DNA of 64,000 nt from a virus (lineage: Duplodnaviria; Caudoviricetes). The notes beneath the pieces were generated by a model, which was not told where the DNA came from, searched no databases, and saw only the letters and a program-made list of their open reading frames with translations. Location: IMG/VR virus record IMGVR_UViG_3300025389_001063; one strand, given 5' to 3'. This document shows, piece by piece, positions 51,809 through 61,227 of this stretch; positions within the stretch are counted from its first letter, which is position 1; the number at the start of each line of letters is the position of its first letter. The translations under genes and the position numbers were made by a program.

Positions 51809-52393
51809 ATGATCATTGGAATTTGTGGACTTATTAGCAGCGGCAAAGGTACTGTTGCAGATCTTCTTGTAGATGAATATGGCTTTAAAAAGCTCAGTTT
51901 TGCTGATTCTCTAAAAGACGGTGTAGCAGCAATGTTTGATTGGCCAAGAAATCTTCTCGAAGGCGATACTGAAGAAAGTCGCGAATGGAGAGAAATTCCA
52001 GATACTTTTTGGACTAATGAAATTGGTAAAGAAATTACTCCAAGACTAGTTTTACAACTTGTTGGCACTGAGTGTATGAGAGATGGATTTTTTGATGGTA
52101 TTTGGGTTAGTTTTGTTAAAAAGAAATTAATAAGATTTCCGCAGCAAAAATGGGTTATTCCTGATACAAGATTTCCAAATGAAATAGATATGATAAGATC
52201 AGTAGGTGGACAAATTTGGCGTGTTAAAAGAGGAATTGATCCAGATTGGGTTAATTCTTTTATTAACGAAAATATAGAACCACCAGATGTGCATCCTAGT
52301 GAGTTTAAATGGATTAAATCGAGATTTGATCAAGTTATAGAAAATGAAGGAACTATTGACGATCTTAGAAATCAGATCTTAAGTCTCCTTTAA
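51809..52393 (+). CDS. Deoxynucleoside monophosphate kinase, T4 gp1-like
   Basis: IIGICGLISSGKGTVAD P-loop, FADSLK, TPR.VLQ.VGTE..R, DTRFPNE, H.SE. Confidence 0.9.
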   Translation: MIIGICGLISSGKGTVADLLVDEYGFKKLSFADSLKDGVAAMFDWPRNLLEGDTEESREWREIPDTFWTNEIGKEITPRLVLQLVGTECMRDGFFDGIWVSFVKKKLIRFPQQKWVIPDTRFPNEIDMIRSVGGQIWRVKRGIDPDWVNSFINENIEPPDVHPSEFKWIKSRFDQVIENEGTIDDLRNQILSLL

Positions 52394-52682
52394 GAATAGT
52401 AATTTTACTAGTTTTATTAAATGATATTTCACAATTGAGACAAACTGTTCTATATTTTTCTTGAAATGTTATTACATTTAATTGTTCTTGATATTTGGCA
52501 ACAAAACCACAACTTTCACATTTAAATTTTTTCTTATATCCATCTTGCTGCCATTGAGGTTTTATATTTTTACGTTTTTCTATTATACATGGATCACATA
52601 AGCGCCTGTAAAAAGTCTTTTCATCCTTTTTATAATTAATTGCTTTAGGATTTTTGCCGCATCGTTCGCACAATTCTCTCAT
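52365..52682 (-). CDS. Zn-finger protein, possibly a degenerate HNH (105 aa)
   Basis: Four CxxC pairs (CERC, CDPC, CESC, CLNC); no His/Asn of an HNH loop between the last two. Confidence 0.6.
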   Translation of the reverse strand: MRELCERCGKNPKAINYKKDEKTFYRRLCDPCIIEKRKNIKPQWQQDGYKKKFKCESCGFVAKYQEQLNVITFQEKYRTVCLNCEISFNKTSKITILKGDLRSDF

Positions 52683-52686
52683 ACCA

Positions 52687-52694
52687 TATTTATG
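52687..52694 (-). promoter_or_regulatory. T4-late-type promoter motif CATAAATA (minus strand)
   Basis: 4 nt before ATG 52682. Confidence 0.55.
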
Positions 52695-52695
52695 G

Positions 52696-52747
52696 CACCT
52701 TTAGACACCTTTAGTCTTATTAATTGATACCTTTATGATACCTTTAT
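52696..52747. repeat. Four ACCTTTA direct repeats in a divergent intergenic region
   Basis: CACCTTTAG twice and GATACCTTTAT twice; core starts at 52697, 52707, 52729 and 52740. Confidence 0.75.
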
Positions 52748-52824
52748 CGGTATTGTAACTACGTTTTTTATGACCCTACGACTAAATATTACTAAGAAGT
52801 CTGTAATAACACAGGAGATTAAAA

Positions 52825-55800
52825 ATGACATTAAATTCACCCGGCGTAGAGGTGCAAGTAATTGACGAAAGTTTTTACGTTCCAAATGGCCCATCTACAA
52901 CTCCACTCATTGTAGTAGCATCTGCCTCAAATAAACCAAATGGCAGCAAAACAGGCATTGCACCTGGAACGCTCGATGCGAATGCCGGAAAACTTTGGCT
53001 AATAACTAGTCAGAGAGATTTAGTTTCTACATTTGGTACTCCTCTTTTTTATCAAGATCCAGATTCAAATCCAATACACGGTGGCGAACTTAATGAATAT
53101 GGTTTACAAGCAGCATATAGTTTCTTAGGAATTGCTAATTCAGCATATGTTATTCGTGCAGATATTGATCTTACTCAACTTGTTGCACAGTACGAAGAGC
53201 CAGGTGCTTATCCAAATTCCGGAACATACTGGTTAGATACAGCAAATACTAGACTTGGTATCTTCCAATGGGACGGTGACCGTTCAACTGTTCCTGGTGG
53301 ACAAAAGTTTACAAATCAAATTCCAATGATCATTACAGATCCAACAATGCTTGATTATTCTAATGCAGAACTTACTTATAGTCCACCATTAGGATCAATT
53401 GGTTCTGCAGGAGAATATGCACTTGTTTCAGTAACTAATATTAATAGACTATTCTTTAAAAATCGTGCAGGAACTTGGGTTGAAGTTGGTTCTAACGATT
53501 GGGCTGCAAGTTGGCCAACAATTAAAGGATCAAAAGTAAATCCATCTGTTGTAAGTGGTAGCAGCATGATTATTAATGGTGTTGAAGTTCAGGCGAATTC
53601 AACTTTACTCACTGATTTAGCTGATCGAATCACCAATGCAGGTATTAGAGGTGTAAGTGCAGCAGTAGTTGATTATCAGTTAGAAATTTACGGCAACGGT
53701 GCTGTTGACAGTCCTCAATTAGACAGTACTCAATCAAATGCTATTGTTATTGCAGCAGGTACTGGAAACTTAGTATCACTTTCACAAAGCGATAGTAGTG
53801 TAGGTATTGCTATAGGAACATATTATGGTCCTTATATGCAAATTAGTCCACATACAACTGTTCCTCGCTTTAAATCAAGTGATCCTGCTCCTCGTCCAAC
53901 AGGTTCTGTATGGATTAAAACAACAGATGTTAATTTAGGCGCTCGTTGGAGAGTTAAAGTATGGAATAGTAATACAGAAGCATGGGATCCAGTAGCAGCA
54001 CCTTTATATTCAAGTGTTGAAGATGCAACATTCGAATTAGACGGAGTAGGCGGCGGAAAGAATCTTGCAACAGGAACAGTTTTTGTACAATATGACTTTG
54101 ATGAAAGTTATGATATTGGAACAATGCCACGTGTTGCAGATTTTAAAATTTGGAGAAGAACAGTTCCTTCCCCAACACAGATTGTATCAGTTCCTATTAC
54201 AGCATCTACATTTATTAATGGTACTCAATATAAGTTCTTACTTGCTGAAACACAAGCAGGTGTTCCGGGATTACAAGCATTTAAAACAATTGAATTTACA
54301 GCACACGGTGCTCCACAAGATTCTCAGTTTTTTGCCAATGCAATTAATTCTGCAGGCTCTGTAATAGTTAACGGACAATCACAGGGTGCTTTTAAATATA
54401 TTGTAGCAACTGTTGATTCTTATAACAGAGTAGTTATTACTCATAAAATTGGTGGAGACATGAGATTAAGAGAAGGTCTTAATACTCCTTTACTTCATAT
54501 AGGCTTCACACCTTGGAATAACAGTACAGCACTAGGAACAGCAAATCTATACCAAGATCCAAACGATCCTATTGTTGGAACACCAATTCCGGGTATTATT
54601 CCAACAGAATACTATCCTACAAACTGGTTTATTGCTACAAATTGGAAGCCACTAATTTATACTGCTAGTGATATGGCTCCACAGAATTTACCTGCAAACG
54701 GTCGTTTATGGTATAATTCAATACTAGATCAAGTTGATATAATGATTCACAATGGTCTAAAATGGGTAGGTTATTTGGATCATACATCACCTTACTATAA
54801 TATTGATCCTGATTTCCAAACAGATCCTAATGGTCCAATTATTATGTCAACAAAGCCAACTACACAAAGTGATGGATCTACATTAAGAAATGGTGATATT
54901 TGGATTGATACTAGCGATCTTGAGCATTATCCATCAATGTATAGATGGGATGGATTTAATTTAGTTTGGACACCTGTTGATAATACAGATCAAACAACTG
55001 AACTTGGTATTGTATTTGCTGATGCAAGATATAATACATCAGGAGCAAATAGTAATTTACCAGGGGCAATTACTGATCTCTTAACAAGTAACTTTGTTGA
55101 TTTTGATGCTCCAGATCCTTTACTTTATCCACGTGGAATAATGTTATTCAATACACGTAGAAGTGGATTTAATGTTAAGAAATTTTCTCTTAATCACATT
55201 AATCCTAATACAGATAACATTCGTTTTTACGGTGAGAGCATGGATACTTATTACCCACATCGTTGGGTCAATGCAAGTGGCAATGCTGAAAATGGTGCAG
55301 GACTCTTTGGTCGTAAGGCACAACGCAAAGTTGTAGTTAAAGCACTTAAATCAATGATTGACACTAATCAACCAATACGTGATTGGGAAAGAAATACATT
55401 TACGTTAATTGCTTGCCCAGGTTATTGTGAGACTATTGCTAATATGAGAGTTCTAAACTTAGATCGTAGAGAGCATAGTTTCATTATCGGTGATAGTCCA
55501 TTTAGACTTACATCAGACGCAACAAGCTTATCTAATTGGGGATCAAATGTTAATCTTGCATTAGATAACGGCGACGACGGATTAATAACATACTACGAAT
55601 ATTTGGCTGTTTATTATCCATCAGGATACACTACTGATAATCTCGGTAATAACATTGTTGTTCCGCCAAGTCATATGGTTCTTAAGACTATAGCACTTAG
55701 TGACGCTGTTAGTTATCCATGGTTTGCACCAGCAGGTATACGTAGAGGAGGCGTTACAAATGCAACTGCAATCGGATATATTAATTCTCAAACTGGTGAA

Positions 55801-56262
55801 TTCCAGAGTATTGCATTAAACGAAGGTCAAAGAGATGCATTGTATAATGTTAGTGTAAACCCAATAACATTCTTAACAAGTGCAGGTATAACAATCTTTG
55901 GTCAGAAGACACGTTATGCAGCAGCAAGTTCACTTGATAGAGTTAATGTAGCTAGACTTGTTGTTTATCTAAGAGGTCGACTTGATATATTGTGCAAACC
56001 ATACATCTTTGAACCAAACGATAAGATAACAAGAGATGAAATTAAGGCATCTGCAGATAGTTTAATGCTAGAGCTTGTAGGTCAGAGAGCAATCTATGAC
56101 TTCTTAGTTGTATGTGATGAAACAAATAATACGCCAACTAGAATCGATCGTAATGAACTTTGGTTAGACATTGCTATTGAACCAGTTAAGGCAATCGAGT
56201 TCATCTATATACCACTTAGATTAAAGAATACAGGATCAATTGCTGGGTTATTAACTGCCTAA
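52825..56262 (+). CDS. gp18: Contractile tail sheath protein, T4 gp18-like, enlarged (1145 aa)
   Basis: SPGVEVQVIDES N-terminus; PWFAPAG..RG, RD.LY...VNPI, GQKT, DRVNVARL, FEPND and N...ID.NEL..DI.I.PVKAIEFI motifs. Confidence 0.95.
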   Translation: MTLNSPGVEVQVIDESFYVPNGPSTTPLIVVASASNKPNGSKTGIAPGTLDANAGKLWLITSQRDLVSTFGTPLFYQDPDSNPIHGGELNEYGLQAAYSFLGIANSAYVIRADIDLTQLVAQYEEPGAYPNSGTYWLDTANTRLGIFQWDGDRSTVPGGQKFTNQIPMIITDPTMLDYSNAELTYSPPLGSIGSAGEYALVSVTNINRLFFKNRAGTWVEVGSNDWAASWPTIKGSKVNPSVVSGSSMIINGVEVQANSTLLTDLADRITNAGIRGVSAAVVDYQLEIYGNGAVDSPQLDSTQSNAIVIAAGTGNLVSLSQSDSSVGIAIGTYYGPYMQISPHTTVPRFKSSDPAPRPTGSVWIKTTDVNLGARWRVKVWNSNTEAWDPVAAPLYSSVEDATFELDGVGGGKNLATGTVFVQYDFDESYDIGTMPRVADFKIWRRTVPSPTQIVSVPITASTFINGTQYKFLLAETQAGVPGLQAFKTIEFTAHGAPQDSQFFANAINSAGSVIVNGQSQGAFKYIVATVDSYNRVVITHKIGGDMRLREGLNTPLLHIGFTPWNNSTALGTANLYQDPNDPIVGTPIPGIIPTEYYPTNWFIATNWKPLIYTASDMAPQNLPANGRLWYNSILDQVDIMIHNGLKWVGYLDHTSPYYNIDPDFQTDPNGPIIMSTKPTTQSDGSTLRNGDIWIDTSDLEHYPSMYRWDGFNLVWTPVDNTDQTTELGIVFADARYNTSGANSNLPGAITDLLTSNFVDFDAPDPLLYPRGIMLFNTRRSGFNVKKFSLNHINPNTDNIRFYGESMDTYYPHRWVNASGNAENGAGLFGRKAQRKVVVKALKSMIDTNQPIRDWERNTFTLIACPGYCETIANMRVLNLDRREHSFIIGDSPFRLTSDATSLSNWGSNVNLALDNGDDGLITYYEYLAVYYPSGYTTDNLGNNIVVPPSHMVLKTIALSDAVSYPWFAPAGIRRGGVTNATAIGYINSQTGEFQSIALNEGQRDALYNVSVNPITFLTSAGITIFGQKTRYAAASSLDRVNVARLVVYLRGRLDILCKPYIFEPNDKITRDEIKASADSLMLELVGQRAIYDFLVVCDETNNTPTRIDRNELWLDIAIEPVKAIEFIYIPLRLKNTGSIAGLLTA

Positions 56263-56320
56263 CCCAGCAATTTAACAAATGATTAAGGGAATAAATACAA
56301 AGAGAAATTAGGAGTCTAGG

Positions 56321-56950
56321 ATGGCAATTTCAACATTATCAAAATTTTCAGTGCCTCTAGCATCAAACGTGACAGCGCCTAACCAAACGCTTTTGATGCC
56401 AAAGCTACAGTATCGTTTTAGAGTTACTTTAGCTAACTTTGGAGGTCCAACACAAGTATCAACAGAACTAACAAAACAAGTTGTTGATGTAACTCGTCCA
56501 AACGTAACATTTGATGATATCACATTAGATACTTACAATAGCCGTGTTTATCTAGCAGGTAAACCAGCATGGGATCCAATTACACTCACAGTCCGTGAGG
56601 ATGCTGGCGGAGCAGTCCAGCAATTAGTTGGCGAACAGTTACAGAAACAATTTGATTTCTACGAACAAGCATCAGCTGCATCAGGTGTTGATTATAAGTT
56701 TGCACTGAGAATTGAAATACTTGACGGTGGTAATGGCGTTAATATTCCAAACGTTCTTGAAACAACTGAAATGTATGGTTGTTACATTCAAAATGCTAAC
56801 TACAATTCATTAGCATATACTACTAGCGATCCAGTTACAATCACACTTTCAATTAAATTTGATAACTGCATACAGACACCTTATGATAGAGCAGGTATTG
56901 GCGTACCTCTACTAAGAACATTTGGTGTACTATCAACAGGTGGCGGTTAA
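56321..56950 (+). CDS. gp19: Tail tube protein, T4 gp19-like
   Basis: Follows the sheath gene; YRFRV, RP......I.LD.YN...Y.AGK..W..IT.T pattern. Confidence 0.8.
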   Translation: MAISTLSKFSVPLASNVTAPNQTLLMPKLQYRFRVTLANFGGPTQVSTELTKQVVDVTRPNVTFDDITLDTYNSRVYLAGKPAWDPITLTVREDAGGAVQQLVGEQLQKQFDFYEQASAASGVDYKFALRIEILDGGNGVNIPNVLETTEMYGCYIQNANYNSLAYTTSDPVTITLSIKFDNCIQTPYDRAGIGVPLLRTFGVLSTGGG

Positions 56951-56977
56951 TAGTTAGTAATATCATCCTAGACAGTA

Positions 56978-57008
56978 AAAGAGACCAGTATAAAAACTGG
57001 TCTTTTTT
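56978..57008 (+). terminator. Rho-independent terminator after tail tube gene
   Basis: AGACCAGT-ataaaa-ACTGGTCT followed by TTTTT. Confidence 0.85.
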
Positions 57009-57012
57009 ATTG

Positions 57013-57020
57013 ACTAAATA
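57013..57020 (+). promoter_or_regulatory. Late-type promoter variant ACTAAATA
   Basis: Directly after the terminator, 5 nt before ATG 57026. Confidence 0.55.
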
Positions 57021-57025
57021 CTTAC

Positions 57026-58426
57026 ATGTCGACTGATTTTACAATTGGATTAAATTTACGTGATTGGCAACATGCTGCAAGACTATATGTTGATGATACA
57101 TATAGATTAGCACCGAAGCCAAAATTTCTTCATTATGCTGTTTTTAATATAAATCAAAATGCTATTCCACAAGGAACACAATTTCAGCAACAGAGTCAAT
57201 TAGAATTAAATTATCTAGTTAAAAAGATGGATTTACCTAGATATACTTTAAATGTTGAAGAATTAAATCAATATAATCGAAAAACTAAAACTTATACAAG
57301 TATATCATATGATCCAGTTAAAATAACAATGCACGACGATAATATCGGCGTTACAAATAGTTTATGGGCACTTTACTACGGATATTATATTGCAGATAGA
57401 ATGAATATAGCATCTCCTTATACAGATACTAATCCACCTGCATATAAACCTCATACATACGACGGTAAAGATCAATGGTCTTATCGTTATGGTTTAGATA
57501 ATGATATTCAAGATCCATTTTTTAAGAGTGTTCAATTAATTACATTATCAAAACGTAAATTTACTAGTTACCTACTTTGTAATCCTAAAATTACATCATG
57601 GGAACATGATACAATGGATCAATCAGAAGGTAATGGTGTTGTAGAAAATAATATGACACTTGTATATGATGCTGTTATATATTCTAGTGGTGTTATTACA
57701 AATGATAATCCTACAGGATTTGCTGTTTTACATTATGATAATTCAATGAGTCCTCTCAATCTTCCTAATCAACTTCTTTTACAGTCAACAACATTTGGTG
57801 GTCTTGAAACAACTCCTGCAAACTTTTTTGAACCTCCTGCATTTAATCCATTAACTCCAGTAACTGCCGGAGTTTCTGGATTACAACAATTAGGTCTAGC
57901 TGCAACATCCTCTGGATTATTATCATACGGATCTGCATCTTATCTTAATCCTTTAGCATATGCAAATAGTGCAGTTACAACTAGTGGACTTCAAAGTTAT
58001 CTTTTTCCAACTGCTCAAACTGTATCTGCTGTTACTACTGGGACTACTAATACAGGATTAGCTACAGTTAGTGATTTAGGTAATACTATATTAACAGCAC
58101 CTGTTGATAATTCCATTTATAATTCACCTAGTGTTATTCAACAAGGGATTAACAGTCAATTTTCATCAGTAGGAATTAATGCTACTCCTGTAATTTCAGA
58201 CGTTTATTCTTCTTCATTACCTACAACAACATTAGCATCAACAGAATCTAAAATTTTTAATAGTTATAATAACGGTGTATCTGTTTCTGAAACTTCAGGT
58301 CCTGTAGATATAAGTTATTTCAATCAAGGTGATGCTGTTACTAGTAATAATATTTCAACATCAGAAATAATTAATAATAATCCACAACCATCTACAGCAG
58401 ATATTCCTGTAAATCCATTTGCATAA
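57026..58426 (+). CDS. Tube-fold baseplate/tail-tube initiator-like protein (gp54/gp48-like, tentative)
   Basis: DLP......NQYNRK......Y.PV.IT.HDD motif resembles tail-tube family proteins; long Thr/Ser-rich tail. Confidence 0.45.
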   Translation: MSTDFTIGLNLRDWQHAARLYVDDTYRLAPKPKFLHYAVFNINQNAIPQGTQFQQQSQLELNYLVKKMDLPRYTLNVEELNQYNRKTKTYTSISYDPVKITMHDDNIGVTNSLWALYYGYYIADRMNIASPYTDTNPPAYKPHTYDGKDQWSYRYGLDNDIQDPFFKSVQLITLSKRKFTSYLLCNPKITSWEHDTMDQSEGNGVVENNMTLVYDAVIYSSGVITNDNPTGFAVLHYDNSMSPLNLPNQLLLQSTTFGGLETTPANFFEPPAFNPLTPVTAGVSGLQQLGLAATSSGLLSYGSASYLNPLAYANSAVTTSGLQSYLFPTAQTVSAVTTGTTNTGLATVSDLGNTILTAPVDNSIYNSPSVIQQGINSQFSSVGINATPVISDVYSSSLPTTTLASTESKIFNSYNNGVSVSETSGPVDISYFNQGDAVTSNNISTSEIINNNPQPSTADIPVNPFA

Positions 58427-58435
58427 GGAAAAATA

Positions 58436-58819
58436 ATGTCTATTCAACCTATTTCAAATTTACCTCCAGTAAAATCTAAAGATAGTTCTGATGCTGGTAG
58501 AGTATATTTTAATACATATTATCAAACTAGTTATAATGTGTCTAGTGACGTATTAAATACATCTGTTGCATTTTTTACTAGTAGAGGATTTGATCAAACA
58601 GCGGCAGAATCTATTGCTACAGTTTTAATTTCACAAGCTAAAATACAAAATGTTAATGTTTTAAAATTTATTGATACATTAAAAACTCTTAACGGTGTTC
58701 AATTAAGTAATGTTGTTAAACAAATTTTAAATAATAACAGATTAAGAATAAGTACGTTAGGTACAAGATTTCATAATGTTGATAATATTAATTTTGAATT
58801 AAGGAATGTTTTACCTTAA
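58436..58819 (+). CDS. Hypothetical protein (127 aa)
   Basis: ORF with SD AAGGA, TAATG-coupled to the next gene. Confidence 0.7.
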   Translation: MSIQPISNLPPVKSKDSSDAGRVYFNTYYQTSYNVSSDVLNTSVAFFTSRGFDQTAAESIATVLISQAKIQNVNVLKFIDTLKTLNGVQLSNVVKQILNNNRLRISTLGTRFHNVDNINFELRNVLP

Positions 58820-59256
58820 TGGGAAGATTTGCTCAAGGAAAATTTGAACCTAAAAATCCAGAAAAATATGTAGGAACTAAAACTCCAAAGTACAGATCAG
58901 GATGGGAACATGTTTTTATGCAATTTTGTGATAACAATCCTGCAATAACACAATGGGCAAGCGAAGCAGTACAAATCCCTTATAGAGATCCAACAACCGG
59001 AAAACAAACAATTTATGTTCCAGATTTTTTTATTGTTTATCACGATAAAAGTGGTAAACAACATGCAGAGGTAGTAGAAATTAAACCAAGTAATCAACAA
59101 TTACTTGAAAAAGTTGGAAAAAATAAAGTAAATCAATTTCAATATATAAAGAATATGGCTAAATGGGAAGCAGCAAAGGCTTGGTGTAAACAACGAGGAA
59201 TAATCTTTCGAGTTATAAATGAAAACGATATTTTCCACAACGGAAAGAAAAAATAA
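58819..59256 (+). CDS. gp4: Head completion protein, T4 gp4-like (TnsA-N-type nuclease fold)
   Basis: G.F.PKNPEKY.G, YRS.WE, WASE..IPY, Y.PDF, EIKP, N.AKWEAA..WC...G..F.VI.E. Confidence 0.85.
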   Translation: MGRFAQGKFEPKNPEKYVGTKTPKYRSGWEHVFMQFCDNNPAITQWASEAVQIPYRDPTTGKQTIYVPDFFIVYHDKSGKQHAEVVEIKPSNQQLLEKVGKNKVNQFQYIKNMAKWEAAKAWCKQRGIIFRVINENDIFHNGKKK

Positions 59257-59267
59257 TAAGTAAGAAC

Positions 59268-59765
59268 ATGACTAAGAAACTTGAAGAGCTTTTAAACCTT
59301 CCCGAATACCAAGAGAGTGTTAAGGAAGTAGAACAAGAAATTAAGGTACAGGCTAAAGCAATAGCCAAGCAAGAAGAAATTGAACACACTATGCGTGAGT
59401 TTGATAAAATATCACAAGCATTACCTCCTGTAGAAGGTTTAGGACAGATAGCAGATAAAGAATTTGATGATCTTGCTGAAAAAGCAACTAAAGCATATGA
59501 CGATCTTATGGATCTCGGCATGAATGTTGAAACTCGTTATAGCGGTAAATTATTTGAAGTTGCTACTGCCATGCTTAAAAACGCTATTGATGCTAAAACA
59601 GCAAAGATGGAAAAAAAGTTAAGAATTGTAGAATTACAACTTAAAAAACAAAAGTTAGACCAGGATGCTCACGGAAGTGACGATAATGGACCCATTGATG
59701 TAACGGGATATGTAGTTACTGATCGCAATAGTCTACTTGAGAAACTTAAAAAAATGGATAAATAA
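59268..59765 (+). CDS. Putative terminase small subunit (gp16-like)
   Basis: Helical; the ..R....FEVA..ML..A..A..K.......LQLKK pattern resembles small terminases of T4-like phages; lies upstream of the large terminase. Confidence 0.4.
   Translation: MTKKLEELLNLPEYQESVKEVEQEIKVQAKAIAKQEEIEHTMREFDKISQALPPVEGLGQIADKEFDDLAEKATKAYDDLMDLGMNVETRYSGKLFEVATAMLKNAIDAKTAKMEKKLRIVELQLKKQKLDQDAHGSDDNGPIDVTGYVVTDRNSLLEKLKKMDK
59757..59764 (+). promoter_or_regulatory. T4-late-type promoter motif GATAAATA
   Basis: Overlaps the stop of 59268..59765. Confidence 0.55.
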
Positions 59766-59781
59766 TTCATAGGAAATAACC

Positions 59782-60348
59782 ATGAAGAATCTAAAAGATT
59801 ATCTAACAGAGAGTAAGAAAACTTGGAATTTTAAGGTTAAGGTCGCAGGCGATCTTCCTGAAAAGTTTGAGTCTACTCTAAAAAATATATTAGCTAAGTG
59901 GGATGTAACAATAGGTGAAAAGACAACTACACCTATTCAAAAATTACCAATAGACTTTCCACAATTAGAAAATAGAGAAGTTCATATTTTTGAGATAACA
60001 GCAAATTATCCAGTAACTCCTCCAGAAATTATGCAAGAGATTCATGAAGCAGCTCTTATAAATCCAGAGTGCTTTGTTGTTCGTATTGCCGGTGAGCCAA
60101 CTGAAATGTATCAAGAACCTGCACCAGAAGGATATATTGTAAAATTAGAATCCGAACTTGAAAATCCATATGGCGATGTAGCACAGGATATGGTTGGTGA
60201 GAAAAGAATTTTAAGTCTATTTAAGGACTTAACAAGTTATAAAAATACTAAGCTAGACACTGAAATGAATAAACCATATAAATCAGATAGTGTTGATGCT
60301 CCATTAGGGAATCACAAATTGCCAGACTTGAGAGGTAAGAAAAAATGA
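59782..60348 (+). CDS. Hypothetical protein, possibly head-associated (188 aa)
   Basis: Starts MKNLKDYLTES; acidic. Confidence 0.65.
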   Translation: MKNLKDYLTESKKTWNFKVKVAGDLPEKFESTLKNILAKWDVTIGEKTTTPIQKLPIDFPQLENREVHIFEITANYPVTPPEIMQEIHEAALINPECFVVRIAGEPTEMYQEPAPEGYIVKLESELENPYGDVAQDMVGEKRILSLFKDLTSYKNTKLDTEMNKPYKSDSVDAPLGNHKLPDLRGKKK

Positions 60349-61211
60349 GTGATATGAAAAAACTATTACAGATCTTCGAGTCTGATAAAAAGAGTAACAT
60401 TAACGAAGGCGTTAATGTAAGCATCAATGTTAGTGGTGATTCACCCTGCGACGTAGGTGAGGTATTGGCGAAGGTAACCAACCTCTCAAGCCCACGTCCA
60501 GTTACCCCTGACATGATGCCACCGGTATCATCCCCTCCTCCAATGCCAATGATGAAGGCTATTGACATTGTAGGTAAGGGAGATGGTCCAGCAGTTCCTC
60601 CAGCACCTCCAGGTGATATGGCACCACATACTGCTCCTGAAGCAATTGGACAATCAGTAATGATGCCTGATCCATCAGAAGCACCAACAGGTGGACCTTC
60701 AACAAGTTCACAAGTTGCTCCACCAGATATGGAAGAAGGCCCAAATCTAAATCAATTTGCTGGTCCTGATCATATAGATTGGGGAGACGACGATGAGGAA
60801 AGTGATCCAGACGAATTTGATCGTATGAGAGACGAGCCAGGCGATGTTGAAGATGAATGTGCAATTATGCCAACTTCTGATAACCCAGGTGTTATACAAC
60901 CTCCAGTTGCTAAAGACGATAATAAAAGTCTAACTGCTAATAGCAGTTTCAAAGAAATACACGATCGTCTAAAAGCAATCGATCAAGCACTATCAAGCAA
61001 AAATAAAGAATATGGTAGTGAAAAAGACGAAAGCTATCAGAATGAGCCAGATCCAAAATATAGTGATATTGAATATATGACTAAGGATCTTGCTGGTGGT
61101 TTAAACAAGCCAAAGACAATGTATCCAAAAAGCTATAAGCAAGGCGACAGCCCAATGGCTATGGAAAATACTATTATGTCTGAATGGGAAAAGTTTAAAC
61201 TCGGTGAATAA
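60345..61211 (+). CDS. Acidic, Pro-rich low-complexity protein, possibly prohead core/internal (288 aa)
   Basis: ATGA overlap with the upstream gene; D/E/P-rich, with helical KKLLQIFES and EIHDRLKAID segments. Confidence 0.65.
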   Translation: MSDMKKLLQIFESDKKSNINEGVNVSINVSGDSPCDVGEVLAKVTNLSSPRPVTPDMMPPVSSPPPMPMMKAIDIVGKGDGPAVPPAPPGDMAPHTAPEAIGQSVMMPDPSEAPTGGPSTSSQVAPPDMEEGPNLNQFAGPDHIDWGDDDEESDPDEFDRMRDEPGDVEDECAIMPTSDNPGVIQPPVAKDDNKSLTANSSFKEIHDRLKAIDQALSSKNKEYGSEKDESYQNEPDPKYSDIEYMTKDLAGGLNKPKTMYPKSYKQGDSPMAMENTIMSEWEKFKLGE

Positions 61212-61215
61212 TATC

Positions 61216-61223
61216 CATAAATA
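61216..61223 (+). promoter_or_regulatory. T4-late-type promoter motif CATAAATA
   Basis: 4 nt before terminase ATG 61228; no SD. Confidence 0.6.
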
Positions 61224-61227
61224 ATTC

